Below, in pieces: positions 39,565 to 48,883 of a DNA stretch of 64,000 nt. Below the pieces are notes generated by a model. It had not been told where the DNA came from. It ran no database searches and saw only the letters and a list, made by a program, of their open reading frames with translations. The stretch's first letter is position 1; every line of letters starts with the position of its first letter. The stretch is taken from assembly GCA_003152315.1 (NCBI GenBank), contig PLZV01000022.1, positions 65,671-129,670 of the forward strand. Direction: 5' to 3'. This DNA is from Verrucomicrobiota bacterium (GTDB lineage: Bacteria; Verrucomicrobiota; Verrucomicrobiia; Palsa-1439). The position numbers and the translations under genes are program-made.

Positions 39565-40944
39565 TCACACTGTTGGCAATGTCTGCAAACGGCTAGCGGG
39601 ATGGAGGATGGACTCGTACCACTCGAGATAGGCATCTACCTGTTGTTCCAGATCGAAACGCGATCGGGCCGCCATGGCGGCACATCGCCCCATGGCGGAT
39701 CGGCGGCTGGTGTCGCGCAGCAACTGCTCGATACGCCCGGCCATGGATTGTTGGTCACCAGCCTCGATCAGGAAGCCGGTTTGGCCTTCATCCACTTGCT
39801 CAGGGATACCGCCCACAGCGGACGCAATGACTGGCCGACCACAGGCCAGCGCTTCCAAGACCGTCGTGGGGAAGGTGTCGGCACGGGCGGCGTGAACATA
39901 GAGATCAGCTGCCTGATAGTACTTCGCCATCTTCGCGGGGTCCGGCTCGAACGGCAGAAAGCGGATCTCGGCATTTCCGATTTTCTCCGGGGGAGACTCC
40001 TGGCCGATCGCCAGGAATAGCAACGGGTGGCCGGCCATCTGTTTTGCCACCGTGATCACCGCTTGATGCAGCATCTGAAAGTCCTTCCAGCGGTTATGGC
40101 GAACGCCGTAAGCCGCGAACATAAGGATGGACGTGTCTACCGGTAGGCCCAATTCCTGGCGGACTGTTCGTTGATCAGCGGGCTTGAACGTGCGCAGATC
40201 CACGCCATTGGGGATAACCCGTTTTTCGATGATCGCGGGTGCGAGGATCGACTGCTCGACCTTTCTCATCAACCATTGCGACGGTGTGGCAATATAGATG
40301 CGTAAGTTTTCGAAAATCTGTTTCTTGCGTCTCCAGTTGTAAGCAGTCCCGTCGCGTTTGAGGGCCGGGTAGATCGTCAGATCGGGACACTGGCCACAGC
40401 CGGTTCGCCACCGGTCACAATCGAAGGAATGCGCGCAATGACCGCTCAGGAGCCAGGCGTCGTGCAAGGTGATCATAAGCGGTGCCTGGCGACTCAGCCA
40501 GGGCAGCATCCGCAGGTCGAAGTAATCTCCTCGAGGTCCGCTGCGGGGGCCGTGGAGGTTGTGGCAATGGACAATATCGGGACTGCCGGGTGTTAGCGCC
40601 AGGAGATCCCGTGTGCCTGGGAAATCGAAGTACTCATGGCCGAATTGCCAATTGAGCCAGCGGCCGGGCTGTGAAAGATACTCCGACCATTGCTTGCCGC
40701 GACCAGCTCCCTTCGTGCTGCCGATGTGGGGACTCAATTTGGCGGCGACATGTGTCCAGAGCCGATACCAGAAGTGCTCGGCATCGGCGTGGTCCAGCGT
40801 TACCACGTTAGGATCGCGCGTACGCTTCGTGCCCACCGCCAGCCACGACTCGTGCCCGAGCTCGCGGTACCGATCAAAGAGCCCGAAGGCCACGCGTTCC
40901 GCGCCACCTGCAATATCGGCTGTGCTAACTTGAAGAATTCTCAT
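39565..40944 (-). CDS. GT4 family glycosyltransferase with Cys-rich insertion
   Basis: MRILQVSTADIAGGAERV N-term, CDRWRTGCGQCPD insertion, C-terminal EALACGRPVIASAVGG. Confidence 0.8.
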   Translation of the reverse strand: MRILQVSTADIAGGAERVAFGLFDRYRELGHESWLAVGTKRTRDPNVVTLDHADAEHFWYRLWTHVAAKLSPHIGSTKGAGRGKQWSEYLSQPGRWLNWQFGHEYFDFPGTRDLLALTPGSPDIVHCHNLHGPRSGPRGDYFDLRMLPWLSRQAPLMITLHDAWLLSGHCAHSFDCDRWRTGCGQCPDLTIYPALKRDGTAYNWRRKKQIFENLRIYIATPSQWLMRKVEQSILAPAIIEKRVIPNGVDLRTFKPADQRTVRQELGLPVDTSILMFAAYGVRHNRWKDFQMLHQAVITVAKQMAGHPLLFLAIGQESPPEKIGNAEIRFLPFEPDPAKMAKYYQAADLYVHAARADTFPTTVLEALACGRPVIASAVGGIPEQVDEGQTGFLIEAGDQQSMAGRIEQLLRDTSRRSAMGRCAAMAARSRFDLEQQVDAYLEWYESILHPASRLQTLPTV

Positions 40945-41921
40945 TATCCATTGCGAACGCAGGCGTGCAACCGTTTGGTAAACTCATCGCCATCCCAGTC
41001 GCGCACCATGAATCGGGGCAACTGGAAAGGGTCTGATTCACAGCGTGTCGCCCGCTCGATGCACGTGCAAGCACCGCTGTAACCAGCCTGACGGACCAGT
41101 TCGATCGTAGGGTTCGCGTAGAACCCGTAGGGATAGGAAAAATCATGAACAGGACGCCCGATCATCTGCTCGAGGGCGATTTTGCCGCCGGAAATCTCCT
41201 CACGTTGAACCGCAAGCTCTTGTTCCGGCAGAAGTGGGTGTGTCACGGTGTGGCCCCCGATATCGATGAGGCTTGTCTTCACCAGGACCGCGAGTTCCTC
41301 GGTGGTCAGTGTCCGATACGGCGGACGAGCCTCGAGGGCGGCACCGGACCATTTCAGGAGCGCATCCATGGTTGCCGTCCGCTGCACCGATGGCAATCCG
41401 CGCAGGAGCTTGTGGACTGTCTGGTACAACTCGTGACGGCGAGCAGGTAGTGATGCCACATCAATATCCCAATGATGAGTGTGTCCGTTGACTTCCAACT
41501 CCAAATGTTGCGGTAGCGGGCCTGACAGGAGCAAGACCTTCTCCAGTTCGTCCCACCAGAACTCACGGGGGTTGTTGATTTGGCCGGTGGTGATGAACAG
41601 GGTGGCCGGAAACTCGTGACGTTCGAGCAGCGGCTTCGCGGCATGGAGATTGTCGGCATAACCATCATCGAAGGTAATCACAACAACATGACGCGGGAGG
41701 CGACCCTGGCGCATCGCGTCCACGCACTGTGGCAGTGACAGGGGCGTGTAGCGCTGTTTGAGGACCGTGAGTTGTTCGGCGAAGTGTCGGGGACTAACGC
41801 ACAACTGGTGCGGATCAATTTCAGTATCCGCGATGCGGTGGTACAAGAGGACGATGGCCTTCGGCGCAACGAGATCCCGTGCCCGCCAAATCGCTCCGCC
41901 TACTTTTTGGGAAAGAAGCAT
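40944..41921 (-). CDS. Polysaccharide deacetylase (NodB homology/CE4)
   Basis: VVITFDDGYADN, HTVTHP motifs. Confidence 0.8.
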   Translation of the reverse strand: MLLSQKVGGAIWRARDLVAPKAIVLLYHRIADTEIDPHQLCVSPRHFAEQLTVLKQRYTPLSLPQCVDAMRQGRLPRHVVVITFDDGYADNLHAAKPLLERHEFPATLFITTGQINNPREFWWDELEKVLLLSGPLPQHLELEVNGHTHHWDIDVASLPARRHELYQTVHKLLRGLPSVQRTATMDALLKWSGAALEARPPYRTLTTEELAVLVKTSLIDIGGHTVTHPLLPEQELAVQREEISGGKIALEQMIGRPVHDFSYPYGFYANPTIELVRQAGYSGACTCIERATRCESDPFQLPRFMVRDWDGDEFTKRLHACVRNG

Positions 41922-41923
41922 TC

Positions 41924-42955
41924 CTAGCCTCGACTGGGCCTTTCTGCAAACGCACGCAGATGGTTACGGACGGAGGAAGGAAGAATCCGTCTCGCGATGC
42001 CACGGGAAGCTGTTTTCGCACGCTGGGCTCTTTTCGAGAATCGGAACAAATGTGGATGGCGGTAGGGCCACAGTTCTTCCTGCAGGGTCTTCCACACTTC
42101 CGTGCCAACCAATCCTGTGCTCCTGAGGTAACTTTCAAGCCAGACCAGATACTCACCACGCGCGGGGCTCGGGCCGTCGTAACTGAGTAAGCCTGTGCGG
42201 AGCGCCACCGCGCAGCTGCCATCGGGATGTTGGCGATACCAAGCCCAACATCCTTCCGCCACAAACACCGGGTAGCGGAGGAGAATCTTCTGGTTCAGCA
42301 CCAGGTCGTCGTACTGATCGCGGAAGGCATCCTCAAATCCGCCCACGGTCTCGACCGCGTCACGACGCAAGAGCATGCTGCACGGGCTTGGCAAGAAGGC
42401 TTCGCTGCGGATGAATTGGTTAGCCAGGGTAGGGGGACTGACCAAAGTATTTGGAGGCACACCAGTTTCTGCCAGGTAATCCCTGGATTGGTCTTCCGGT
42501 TTTCCCGACCAGCTAAACCACACGAGCGTCCGAGTGTACAACATGGCCGCTTCAGGATGCGCCTCCAGGGCCGGTACCTGATTGGCCAATTTACCCGGCA
42601 GCCAGACGTCATCAGCGTCCAGCAAGGCCACATATTCTCCACGCGCATGCCGCAAGCCAAGATTGCGCGCTGCGCTCTTACCGCGGTTCTCGTGACCGGG
42701 ATGCTCCAGGTAATGTATGCGATCCGGGGATTTTGCGGCGTAGTCGCGGGCGAACTGTGAACTACGGTCGGTCGAGCCGTCGTCCACCAGCCACAGTTCC
42801 CAGGTCGGGTAGGTCTGGGCCAGGACGCTTTCAACGGCTTCGGCAAGGAATTTCTCCGCGTTCAGAAAGATGATAATTGTCGAAACCAGCGCCTTGGTGA
42901 CGGGGCGATTGTGTTTTTCCGTGGCCATGGCCTGTTCTGGTGAATGATCGGACAT
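41924..42955 (-). CDS. GT2 family glycosyltransferase
   Basis: VSTIIIFLNAEKFL, LVDDGSTD, LDADD; start at internal Met (MSDHSP) abutting upstream gene. Confidence 0.75.
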   Translation of the reverse strand: MSDHSPEQAMATEKHNRPVTKALVSTIIIFLNAEKFLAEAVESVLAQTYPTWELWLVDDGSTDRSSQFARDYAAKSPDRIHYLEHPGHENRGKSAARNLGLRHARGEYVALLDADDVWLPGKLANQVPALEAHPEAAMLYTRTLVWFSWSGKPEDQSRDYLAETGVPPNTLVSPPTLANQFIRSEAFLPSPCSMLLRRDAVETVGGFEDAFRDQYDDLVLNQKILLRYPVFVAEGCWAWYRQHPDGSCAVALRTGLLSYDGPSPARGEYLVWLESYLRSTGLVGTEVWKTLQEELWPYRHPHLFRFSKRAQRAKTASRGIARRILPSSVRNHLRAFAERPSRG

Positions 42956-43641
42956 CAGCCTCGATGGTGGGGACGGAATTTCAGGTCGCCCACATACGTC
43001 ACTTTGAGGTTGTCGGGGGAACCGGGAACGAGGCGGACCTTGTGCCCCGCTCGTTTGACGACGGCCGCGGTGCCTTCTTCGTTCCAATTGTTGCGTGCCG
43101 CGAGGCGGTTCGCGTGAAGGAGGATTTCCCGTCGGTATGCGTGCGGAATCTGCAGTGCGACAACCGAACGGCGAGGCAGAATCATTTTCAGCCCCTGCTT
43201 TTCCAAAAGACCCAGGCTGTCCCGCACGGGGACTTCCGTGTACAAGGCCACCGCACCGTGGCGTTGCACCTCTGCCAGCAGCCTCTCGAATAACTCGGCG
43301 GTGACAAACGGTCTTGCGACTTCGTGGAGTAGTATAATCGGCTTCGTACAGCACCGCAGGAGGCGGGACAAGGTTTCCTGCCGGGTCGCACCGCCGGCGA
43401 CCACCTGTACGGTTTTCGGCACGAGCCGACGGGCTCGCGCCAGATCCTCGGGTCGTACCCCAACGATGATCTCGGTGGCGAAGGGCGTTACAAGCGCCAC
43501 GGCACGTTCGAGCAGCGTCCGGCCTTCAAGACGAAGAAACGCCTTGGGGCGTCGACCGATACGATCACCCGAGCCGGCGGCCAGGATCAGGACGCTGACG
43601 CAGTCGGGTTTCACTTGCGAAGCGCGATTTACAGTGACCAT
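42955..43641 (-). CDS. IspD/TarI-family sugar-alcohol-phosphate cytidylyltransferase
   Basis: VSVLILAAGSGDRIG..PKAFL motif of IspD/TarI nucleotidyltransferases; adjacent to TagF-like gene. Confidence 0.75.
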   Translation of the reverse strand: MVTVNRASQVKPDCVSVLILAAGSGDRIGRRPKAFLRLEGRTLLERAVALVTPFATEIIVGVRPEDLARARRLVPKTVQVVAGGATRQETLSRLLRCCTKPIILLHEVARPFVTAELFERLLAEVQRHGAVALYTEVPVRDSLGLLEKQGLKMILPRRSVVALQIPHAYRREILLHANRLAARNNWNEEGTAAVVKRAGHKVRLVPGSPDNLKVTYVGDLKFRPHHRG

Positions 43642-44720
43642 AGCCGGGTTATTCCTTGTACGGCACGACGAGCCGCCCACTTGACCTTCCTCGCAGCGAG
43701 GCGCGCCGCAGGTACGCTGGCGAGATAAGACAGGTGATTCGAAGGTATGGTGGCCGCCAGCTTCTCCACGTTATGGCAAAGTCGCTCCACCGCCTTGCCA
43801 TCCGTCAGGTCGCCGAAAAGAAGTTTCCGATAATGCGCGCGGCGGTCAGATCCCCGCACGGGATCGGACAGGGCGGCGGCTACCGTTGCTGGCAATTCTT
43901 CCACGTTTTCAATTTGTCTTCCCATATCTCGCCAACTCCATTCGAAGCCGCGCGGATCGAAATACTCACAGCCGAACCGATCAGGATTGTTGATCAGGAT
44001 CATCGGCCGATCGAGGGCCAGGTAATAGAGTTGGACGCTGGAAGCGTCCGTGATGAGGGCGTCCGCGGCGCGGAGGTAGGGCATCACATCGTCGTTTGCG
44101 TTCGCAACCAGGTGAACGTCTTCGTGCTCGTGCGCGAGACGGCGCCAGGTCTCCATCCATTCCGGGCTCTGTTCGGCGATCAACGGATGCGGCTTGATGA
44201 TGATGGAGATGTCCTGTCGGGAACCGCGAATCAATTCGACCAGACGAGCGCCCAGCATACCCGCTGAAGAAAGAGGACGGTTGAATGTTGGTGCGTAGAG
44301 TACGGTCTTCTGTCCGGGTTTCCGGTCGAACGGCAAAGCCGGGCTGTCGCCGCGAAAGAGAGGATCCAGACCCACGTAGCCAATGACCCAGAAATCCTGG
44401 CGCGGCTTGGAGCCGCCCTGTTGGTACCAGTCCCGCATGAAATCACTTGTCACGCACAGGTAGTCGCATTCGTTGGCGCCCTGGTACGCCACCATCTTGC
44501 TGGCCAGTCCATGTCGCGTGTGAACGAAGATGGTCTTCGGCAGACGCGGTCGCAATTCCCCGAAGATGGCCTCGGCCATGATCGTCACGTGTGGCTGAAA
44601 ATCGAAAAGTGCCTCACGGTTCTCGGTATACAAACACCAATGCCTGCGGCTCAACATTTCGTGGATCGGTCGCAGGATAGCGTCGTGAAACTTATTGCAG
44701 GGAAGAAATGCAACGCGCAT
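43629..44720 (-). CDS. CDP-alditol:polymer phosphotransferase, TagB/TagF (Glyphos_transf) family
   Basis: KTVLYAPTFN, IIIKPHP, LITDASSVQLYYLALDRPMI: TagF-family signature blocks. Confidence 0.72.
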   Translation of the reverse strand: MRVAFLPCNKFHDAILRPIHEMLSRRHWCLYTENREALFDFQPHVTIMAEAIFGELRPRLPKTIFVHTRHGLASKMVAYQGANECDYLCVTSDFMRDWYQQGGSKPRQDFWVIGYVGLDPLFRGDSPALPFDRKPGQKTVLYAPTFNRPLSSAGMLGARLVELIRGSRQDISIIIKPHPLIAEQSPEWMETWRRLAHEHEDVHLVANANDDVMPYLRAADALITDASSVQLYYLALDRPMILINNPDRFGCEYFDPRGFEWSWRDMGRQIENVEELPATVAAALSDPVRGSDRRAHYRKLLFGDLTDGKAVERLCHNVEKLAATIPSNHLSYLASVPAARLAARKVKWAARRAVQGITRLWSL

Positions 44721-44839
44721 ATCACTCTCGTCCAAACCGGGTGAGTGTACTGGCTCGCCTTGAAAATACTGCCGGCCGAAACTGCTCGGCCGAGGGCAGG
44801 CGCGACACTGGCAATCCCGCGAAGACGGTCCGGATGGGC

Positions 44840-45412
44840 CTAGGACGCGTCAACGAGTTGGGAACGGCTGACGATCAATCGGGCCTGGCAACCCAGGGTT
44901 GAAAGCAGAACGGCGACACGATCATGGTCGCTCATCTCTTGCAGCACGACCGCCTGCAAACCGCGCAACGGGCCGTCGGCGATCTCGACGAGATCGCCGG
45001 GGTGAAAGCCGGGGCGTACCGTCACGATATCGACCGCCTCGCCCGCCCATTGCTGGAGTTGCTCGATGATGGAATCATCGACCGGGGTGGGGTGGCCGCC
45101 AAAGCTGACGACCCCGACAACTTGCGGCGCGTATTGCACCGCTCGGAAATTCTGGGCCAGATTCAGACGGCAAAAGAAGTAGCGTGGGAACAGCGGGCCG
45201 ACAATCCAGCGCTTGACGCGGCGGATGGTTTTGAGGTGCTTGAGTCGCGGATAAAAGGTATCGAAGCCGAGTACTTCGCGACAATAGCGCTCGGCGCCGG
45301 CTTCCTTGCGCGGGCGCGTGTGGACGCAGAGCCAGCGCGTGACGTTGGGCAGGGGATCGACGGGGGTGGCGGCCCGTCGGGAACTGGGCTCGTTGTTCAC
45401 AGGATCAATCAT
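44840..45412 (-). CDS. NusG-family transcription antiterminator paralog (RfaH/UpxY-like)
   Basis: N-terminal NGN-like WLCVHTRPRKE, C-terminal KOW-like GDLVEIADGPLRGLQAVV; 190 aa. Confidence 0.72.
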   Translation of the reverse strand: MIDPVNNEPSSRRAATPVDPLPNVTRWLCVHTRPRKEAGAERYCREVLGFDTFYPRLKHLKTIRRVKRWIVGPLFPRYFFCRLNLAQNFRAVQYAPQVVGVVSFGGHPTPVDDSIIEQLQQWAGEAVDIVTVRPGFHPGDLVEIADGPLRGLQAVVLQEMSDHDRVAVLLSTLGCQARLIVSRSQLVDAS

Positions 45413-45563
45413 TGCTCAAATGCCTGCCTTTGTACAGCCCGGGCATGCTGCCGCCATTCCGGTGCATTCTCCCCGCTCCAACGCGAATGCCGGCTGACTT
45501 CCTTCGCCCGTTTGTCGGTTGCCGCACATTGCGGCGCACCATCACTGCTCCACGGGAGGAGCG

Positions 45564-47687
45564 TTACGCGGCGCCATTACCTTTCCGCTTCTTGTGGTAG
45601 TAGGAGTACTTGTACGGATAGTAGTAATATCCGTGCAGTTCCTGGTCGATGTTGTTCATGACCACACCGACGAGCGGAGCGCCGCACTCGCGCAGTCGTT
45701 GCATTGTGCGCGCGACGATTTCACGACGAATTTTGCCAAAGCCAATGACATAAATAACACCTTGCACGTACGGCAACAGCACGAGCGGATCGCTGACTGC
45801 GGTGACCGGCGGGCTGTCAATGATGACGCGGTCGTACTGCTGGCACGCATCGGCGATCAATTCGCGGATGCGGTCGGACGCGAGCAATTCCGGCGCGTTG
45901 GGCGGTATGCTGCCAACGTGAAGTACGTCCAGATTAGGGACGTTCGTCGGTTGGACGACCTCTTGCAAGGTGACGTTGCTGGTCAGGTAAAGTGAGATTC
46001 CCTTGTCGGGGTCGGCCGGGAAGACGTGGTGTTGCACCGGGTTGTGCAAATCACAATCAATCAGCAGCGTACGTTGTTTATTGGTCGCGAACGCGATGGC
46101 GAGGTTGGCGGAAACAACGGACTTGCCTTCTCCGGGCGCCGTGCTGGTGACGAGCAGCGGCTTGGCCGAGTTTGCCTCCGGCTTCAAGCTGATGCTCGCA
46201 CGCAGGTTGCGGAAGGCCTCGGCGGAGATGGAATGCGGATCGGCCTGGAGCACGCGGCCATTCTGGGAAGCATCCTTGAGATCAATGTGCGGCACGCCGG
46301 TGAGCAGCGGTAACCCGAGCGAATCGACGTCCTCGTAGGTCTTGATCTTGTCATCGAACGTGTTGAGCAAATAGCTGGCGGCGAAGGCGGCGCAGACGCC
46401 GAGGAGCAGCCCGACCGCCAAGTTGCGACCTTTCTGCGGCTTGAATGGAGAGCCGGGAACCTGAACGGGATCAATGAGACGGATATTGTTGGATTGCAGC
46501 TTATCGGCGACGCCGGTTTCTTTTATACGGGTGAGGATGGAATCATAAAGCTGGCGGTCAGCCTCGGCATTGCGCTTGAGCATATTGTAATCCGGCTGCT
46601 TGCTATCCATCTCCATCGATTCCTGTTCCTGTTCATGGAGCGCTTTTTGCAGGATTTCCTCATTCGCCTTGGCCATCAAATACCCGGCTTGTAGGGCATT
46701 GATGGCATCGTTGCACGCACTGGTGAGCTTGCCAGAAATCTCGTTCAGTTCGGTTTGGATGGCGACCATCGACGGGTGCTGGTTGCGGTAACGCTCGCGG
46801 AGGACGGCGAGAGTAATCTGTTTGTCGTTCAATTGTTTGCGCAACTCGCTTACCTTCGAGTTGTTCATAATGACCGGGATCTCGGAGGCGCTGCGCCCGG
46901 CATCCAAAAGGGCTTTGACCCCGTTCCATTCAGCTTCAGCGCTGAGGCGCGCTTTTTGTGCCTGGGTCACCGAGTTGTTCAGATCCTTCAGCTTATCGAC
47001 CACGCTGTTCTGGCGTTCCTCGCCGGACTGCGTGCGCTGCCGGTATTCAGCCAAAGCGAATTCGGATTTCTTGACCTTGAGCTTATATTCATCCGCCTGT
47101 TCGCTGAGCATGCGAACGGCGTCGGTCGACGCCAGCATCTTTTTTTCGAGGTTCTGCTTGATGTATTGCTGGGCTACCCCGGTGGCAAGATCCGCGGCCA
47201 GTTTCGGATCGGGATGATCCACGTGAATGTCAATGATGGTGGTGTTACGTTCTGGCACAACGCTGAGACGTCCTTGGAGCGCCCCGGCGAGGTCACCCTG
47301 GGAGCCAGCGTAGGCGAGGAAGCTGGGATTCCTGTCCAGACGGAGCGTCTGGACGACCTGTTCGCACAGGGTGCGGCTCTGCATGATCTTGATCTGGGTG
47401 TTGAAGTATTGGTCGTCACGCGTATCGGTGCTCAATACGTCCTGGATATTCAGCACCTTCATCGTTTCCGATGCCACCTCCAGCGCAGCCGTCGCCCGGT
47501 AAATGGGGGTCTGGTGGTAGGTGTAGATGAGATTGATCGCCAGTACGGTCAGAAACGAAATGAGAGCCACCCATTTGTGTTCGAGGACAATCAGGAGATA
47601 ATGTCGCCAATGCAAACCGACCGTGGGGCGCCGCCCGCTGGGAGCGCGCTGCTGCCCGTTAGGGTTATAGGGAATGAGGGCTTGCAT
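45564..47687 (-). CDS. wzc: Polysaccharide co-polymerase/BY-tyrosine kinase (Wzc/GumC/EpsG-like)
   Basis: N-terminal Wzz-type TM+coiled-coil periplasmic domain, C-terminal Walker A TSTAPGEGKS, Walker B VIIDSPP, C-terminal Tyr cluster YYYYPYKYSYY. Confidence 0.88.
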   Translation of the reverse strand: MQALIPYNPNGQQRAPSGRRPTVGLHWRHYLLIVLEHKWVALISFLTVLAINLIYTYHQTPIYRATAALEVASETMKVLNIQDVLSTDTRDDQYFNTQIKIMQSRTLCEQVVQTLRLDRNPSFLAYAGSQGDLAGALQGRLSVVPERNTTIIDIHVDHPDPKLAADLATGVAQQYIKQNLEKKMLASTDAVRMLSEQADEYKLKVKKSEFALAEYRQRTQSGEERQNSVVDKLKDLNNSVTQAQKARLSAEAEWNGVKALLDAGRSASEIPVIMNNSKVSELRKQLNDKQITLAVLRERYRNQHPSMVAIQTELNEISGKLTSACNDAINALQAGYLMAKANEEILQKALHEQEQESMEMDSKQPDYNMLKRNAEADRQLYDSILTRIKETGVADKLQSNNIRLIDPVQVPGSPFKPQKGRNLAVGLLLGVCAAFAASYLLNTFDDKIKTYEDVDSLGLPLLTGVPHIDLKDASQNGRVLQADPHSISAEAFRNLRASISLKPEANSAKPLLVTSTAPGEGKSVVSANLAIAFATNKQRTLLIDCDLHNPVQHHVFPADPDKGISLYLTSNVTLQEVVQPTNVPNLDVLHVGSIPPNAPELLASDRIRELIADACQQYDRVIIDSPPVTAVSDPLVLLPYVQGVIYVIGFGKIRREIVARTMQRLRECGAPLVGVVMNNIDQELHGYYYYPYKYSYYHKKRKGNGAA

Positions 47688-47692
47688 GGGGG

Positions 47693-48418
47693 TTAAAAAA
47701 TGGTTTCGGGCACGGATACAACGTCATCGGGTTTCAGTCCAACATCCTTGCTCCGGTCTCCACCCTTGATGATGGCGGCGACGTTCACGACGATCTTTGT
47801 AACGCCGCCATTCTCGGTGCGGATGACGGTGATACGGTCGGTAGCCGCTACATCCGTGAATCCCCCCGCTCGCGCGATGGCCTGCACCACCGTGAGCCCT
47901 TCGTCGCCAATGTCGTAGGAACCGGGTGACTTTACCTGGCCGAGAATGACGAGGCGGCGGCTGTTGGGGTGATCCACGAGAACCGTGACCTGCGGGTTGA
48001 CGAGGTAGCTGCGTCCCAGCAAGTCCTTGAGTTTGGTTTCCGTCTCACCAACGGTCAGTCCGCCGACCTGGACGGAGCCAAGAAGCGGATACGTGATATA
48101 GCCTTGCGGCGAGACACGCCTTTGCACGGAAAGGTCAGCCTCGTTGAAGACGGAGACCTGAATCGTGTCCAACGGCTGGATGCGATAATCGTTTTGGACG
48201 GGCGAGGGTTTGTTGGCGGCCGGTTGGGCGTCATGCGGGATGCCCGCTGTGCCTAGCGGAAGTTGTGGCGCACCGGGGGTGACAGTGCGCACCTGTATCG
48301 TTGTCGGGCTGCAAGAGGTGAGTGCCAAGCAAAGCAATACACCCAGCGCCATGTCTGCGTGTGCGAGCGTAGCCTTTCGCGTCCTGTTCAAACTCTGTTC
48401 AGCCTTCGTCATATGCAT
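47693..48418 (-). CDS. wza: Polysaccharide export outer-membrane lipoprotein (Wza/Poly_export + SLBB)
   Basis: Lipobox LALTSC, PLDTIQVSVF...GYITYPLLGSVQVGGLTV (Poly_export), SLBB-like C-term; start uncertain among 3 Met. Confidence 0.78.
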   Translation of the reverse strand: MHMTKAEQSLNRTRKATLAHADMALGVLLCLALTSCSPTTIQVRTVTPGAPQLPLGTAGIPHDAQPAANKPSPVQNDYRIQPLDTIQVSVFNEADLSVQRRVSPQGYITYPLLGSVQVGGLTVGETETKLKDLLGRSYLVNPQVTVLVDHPNSRRLVILGQVKSPGSYDIGDEGLTVVQAIARAGGFTDVAATDRITVIRTENGGVTKIVVNVAAIIKGGDRSKDVGLKPDDVVSVPETIF

Positions 48419-48883
48419 TTTTAGCAAACCTCTACCAGAAAAACTCGTCGATCTTCCAGCGCGGACTCGGCTGGTCGACGGTCGTGGAACGATTTGTTCG
48501 TCTGGCCACCAATCTATCAAATGCCTCATCCGCCACTCGCACCTCAAGCGGCGTTCGCCCCGCTTGATTGTAGCGCAATTATGCTCGTTTTCAAAACTAC
48601 GTCAACCGCAAACCAGCCCGCGTGGGGGCAACTTCGGCGTATCACATTCTATTCAGAAGACTTATCATCAGCGCGCCGCGTGCCAAAAGCCAGTCTTTCC
48701 CTCTTCCGAATGGGTCCTGCGGTGGCCAGAGCCGTAAGTGGGTTCAGGGACGCGGGTTACTGCGAAAAAACGTTTCCAGAGCGGGCTAACGCATGGTCTA
48801 CGAAATAGTTACGTCTGCCTGTTATTGTCCAAAGTTCTGGCCGAGGCGTTCAGTTTGACGACCCACCTTCTCAGCGCAAGCGA

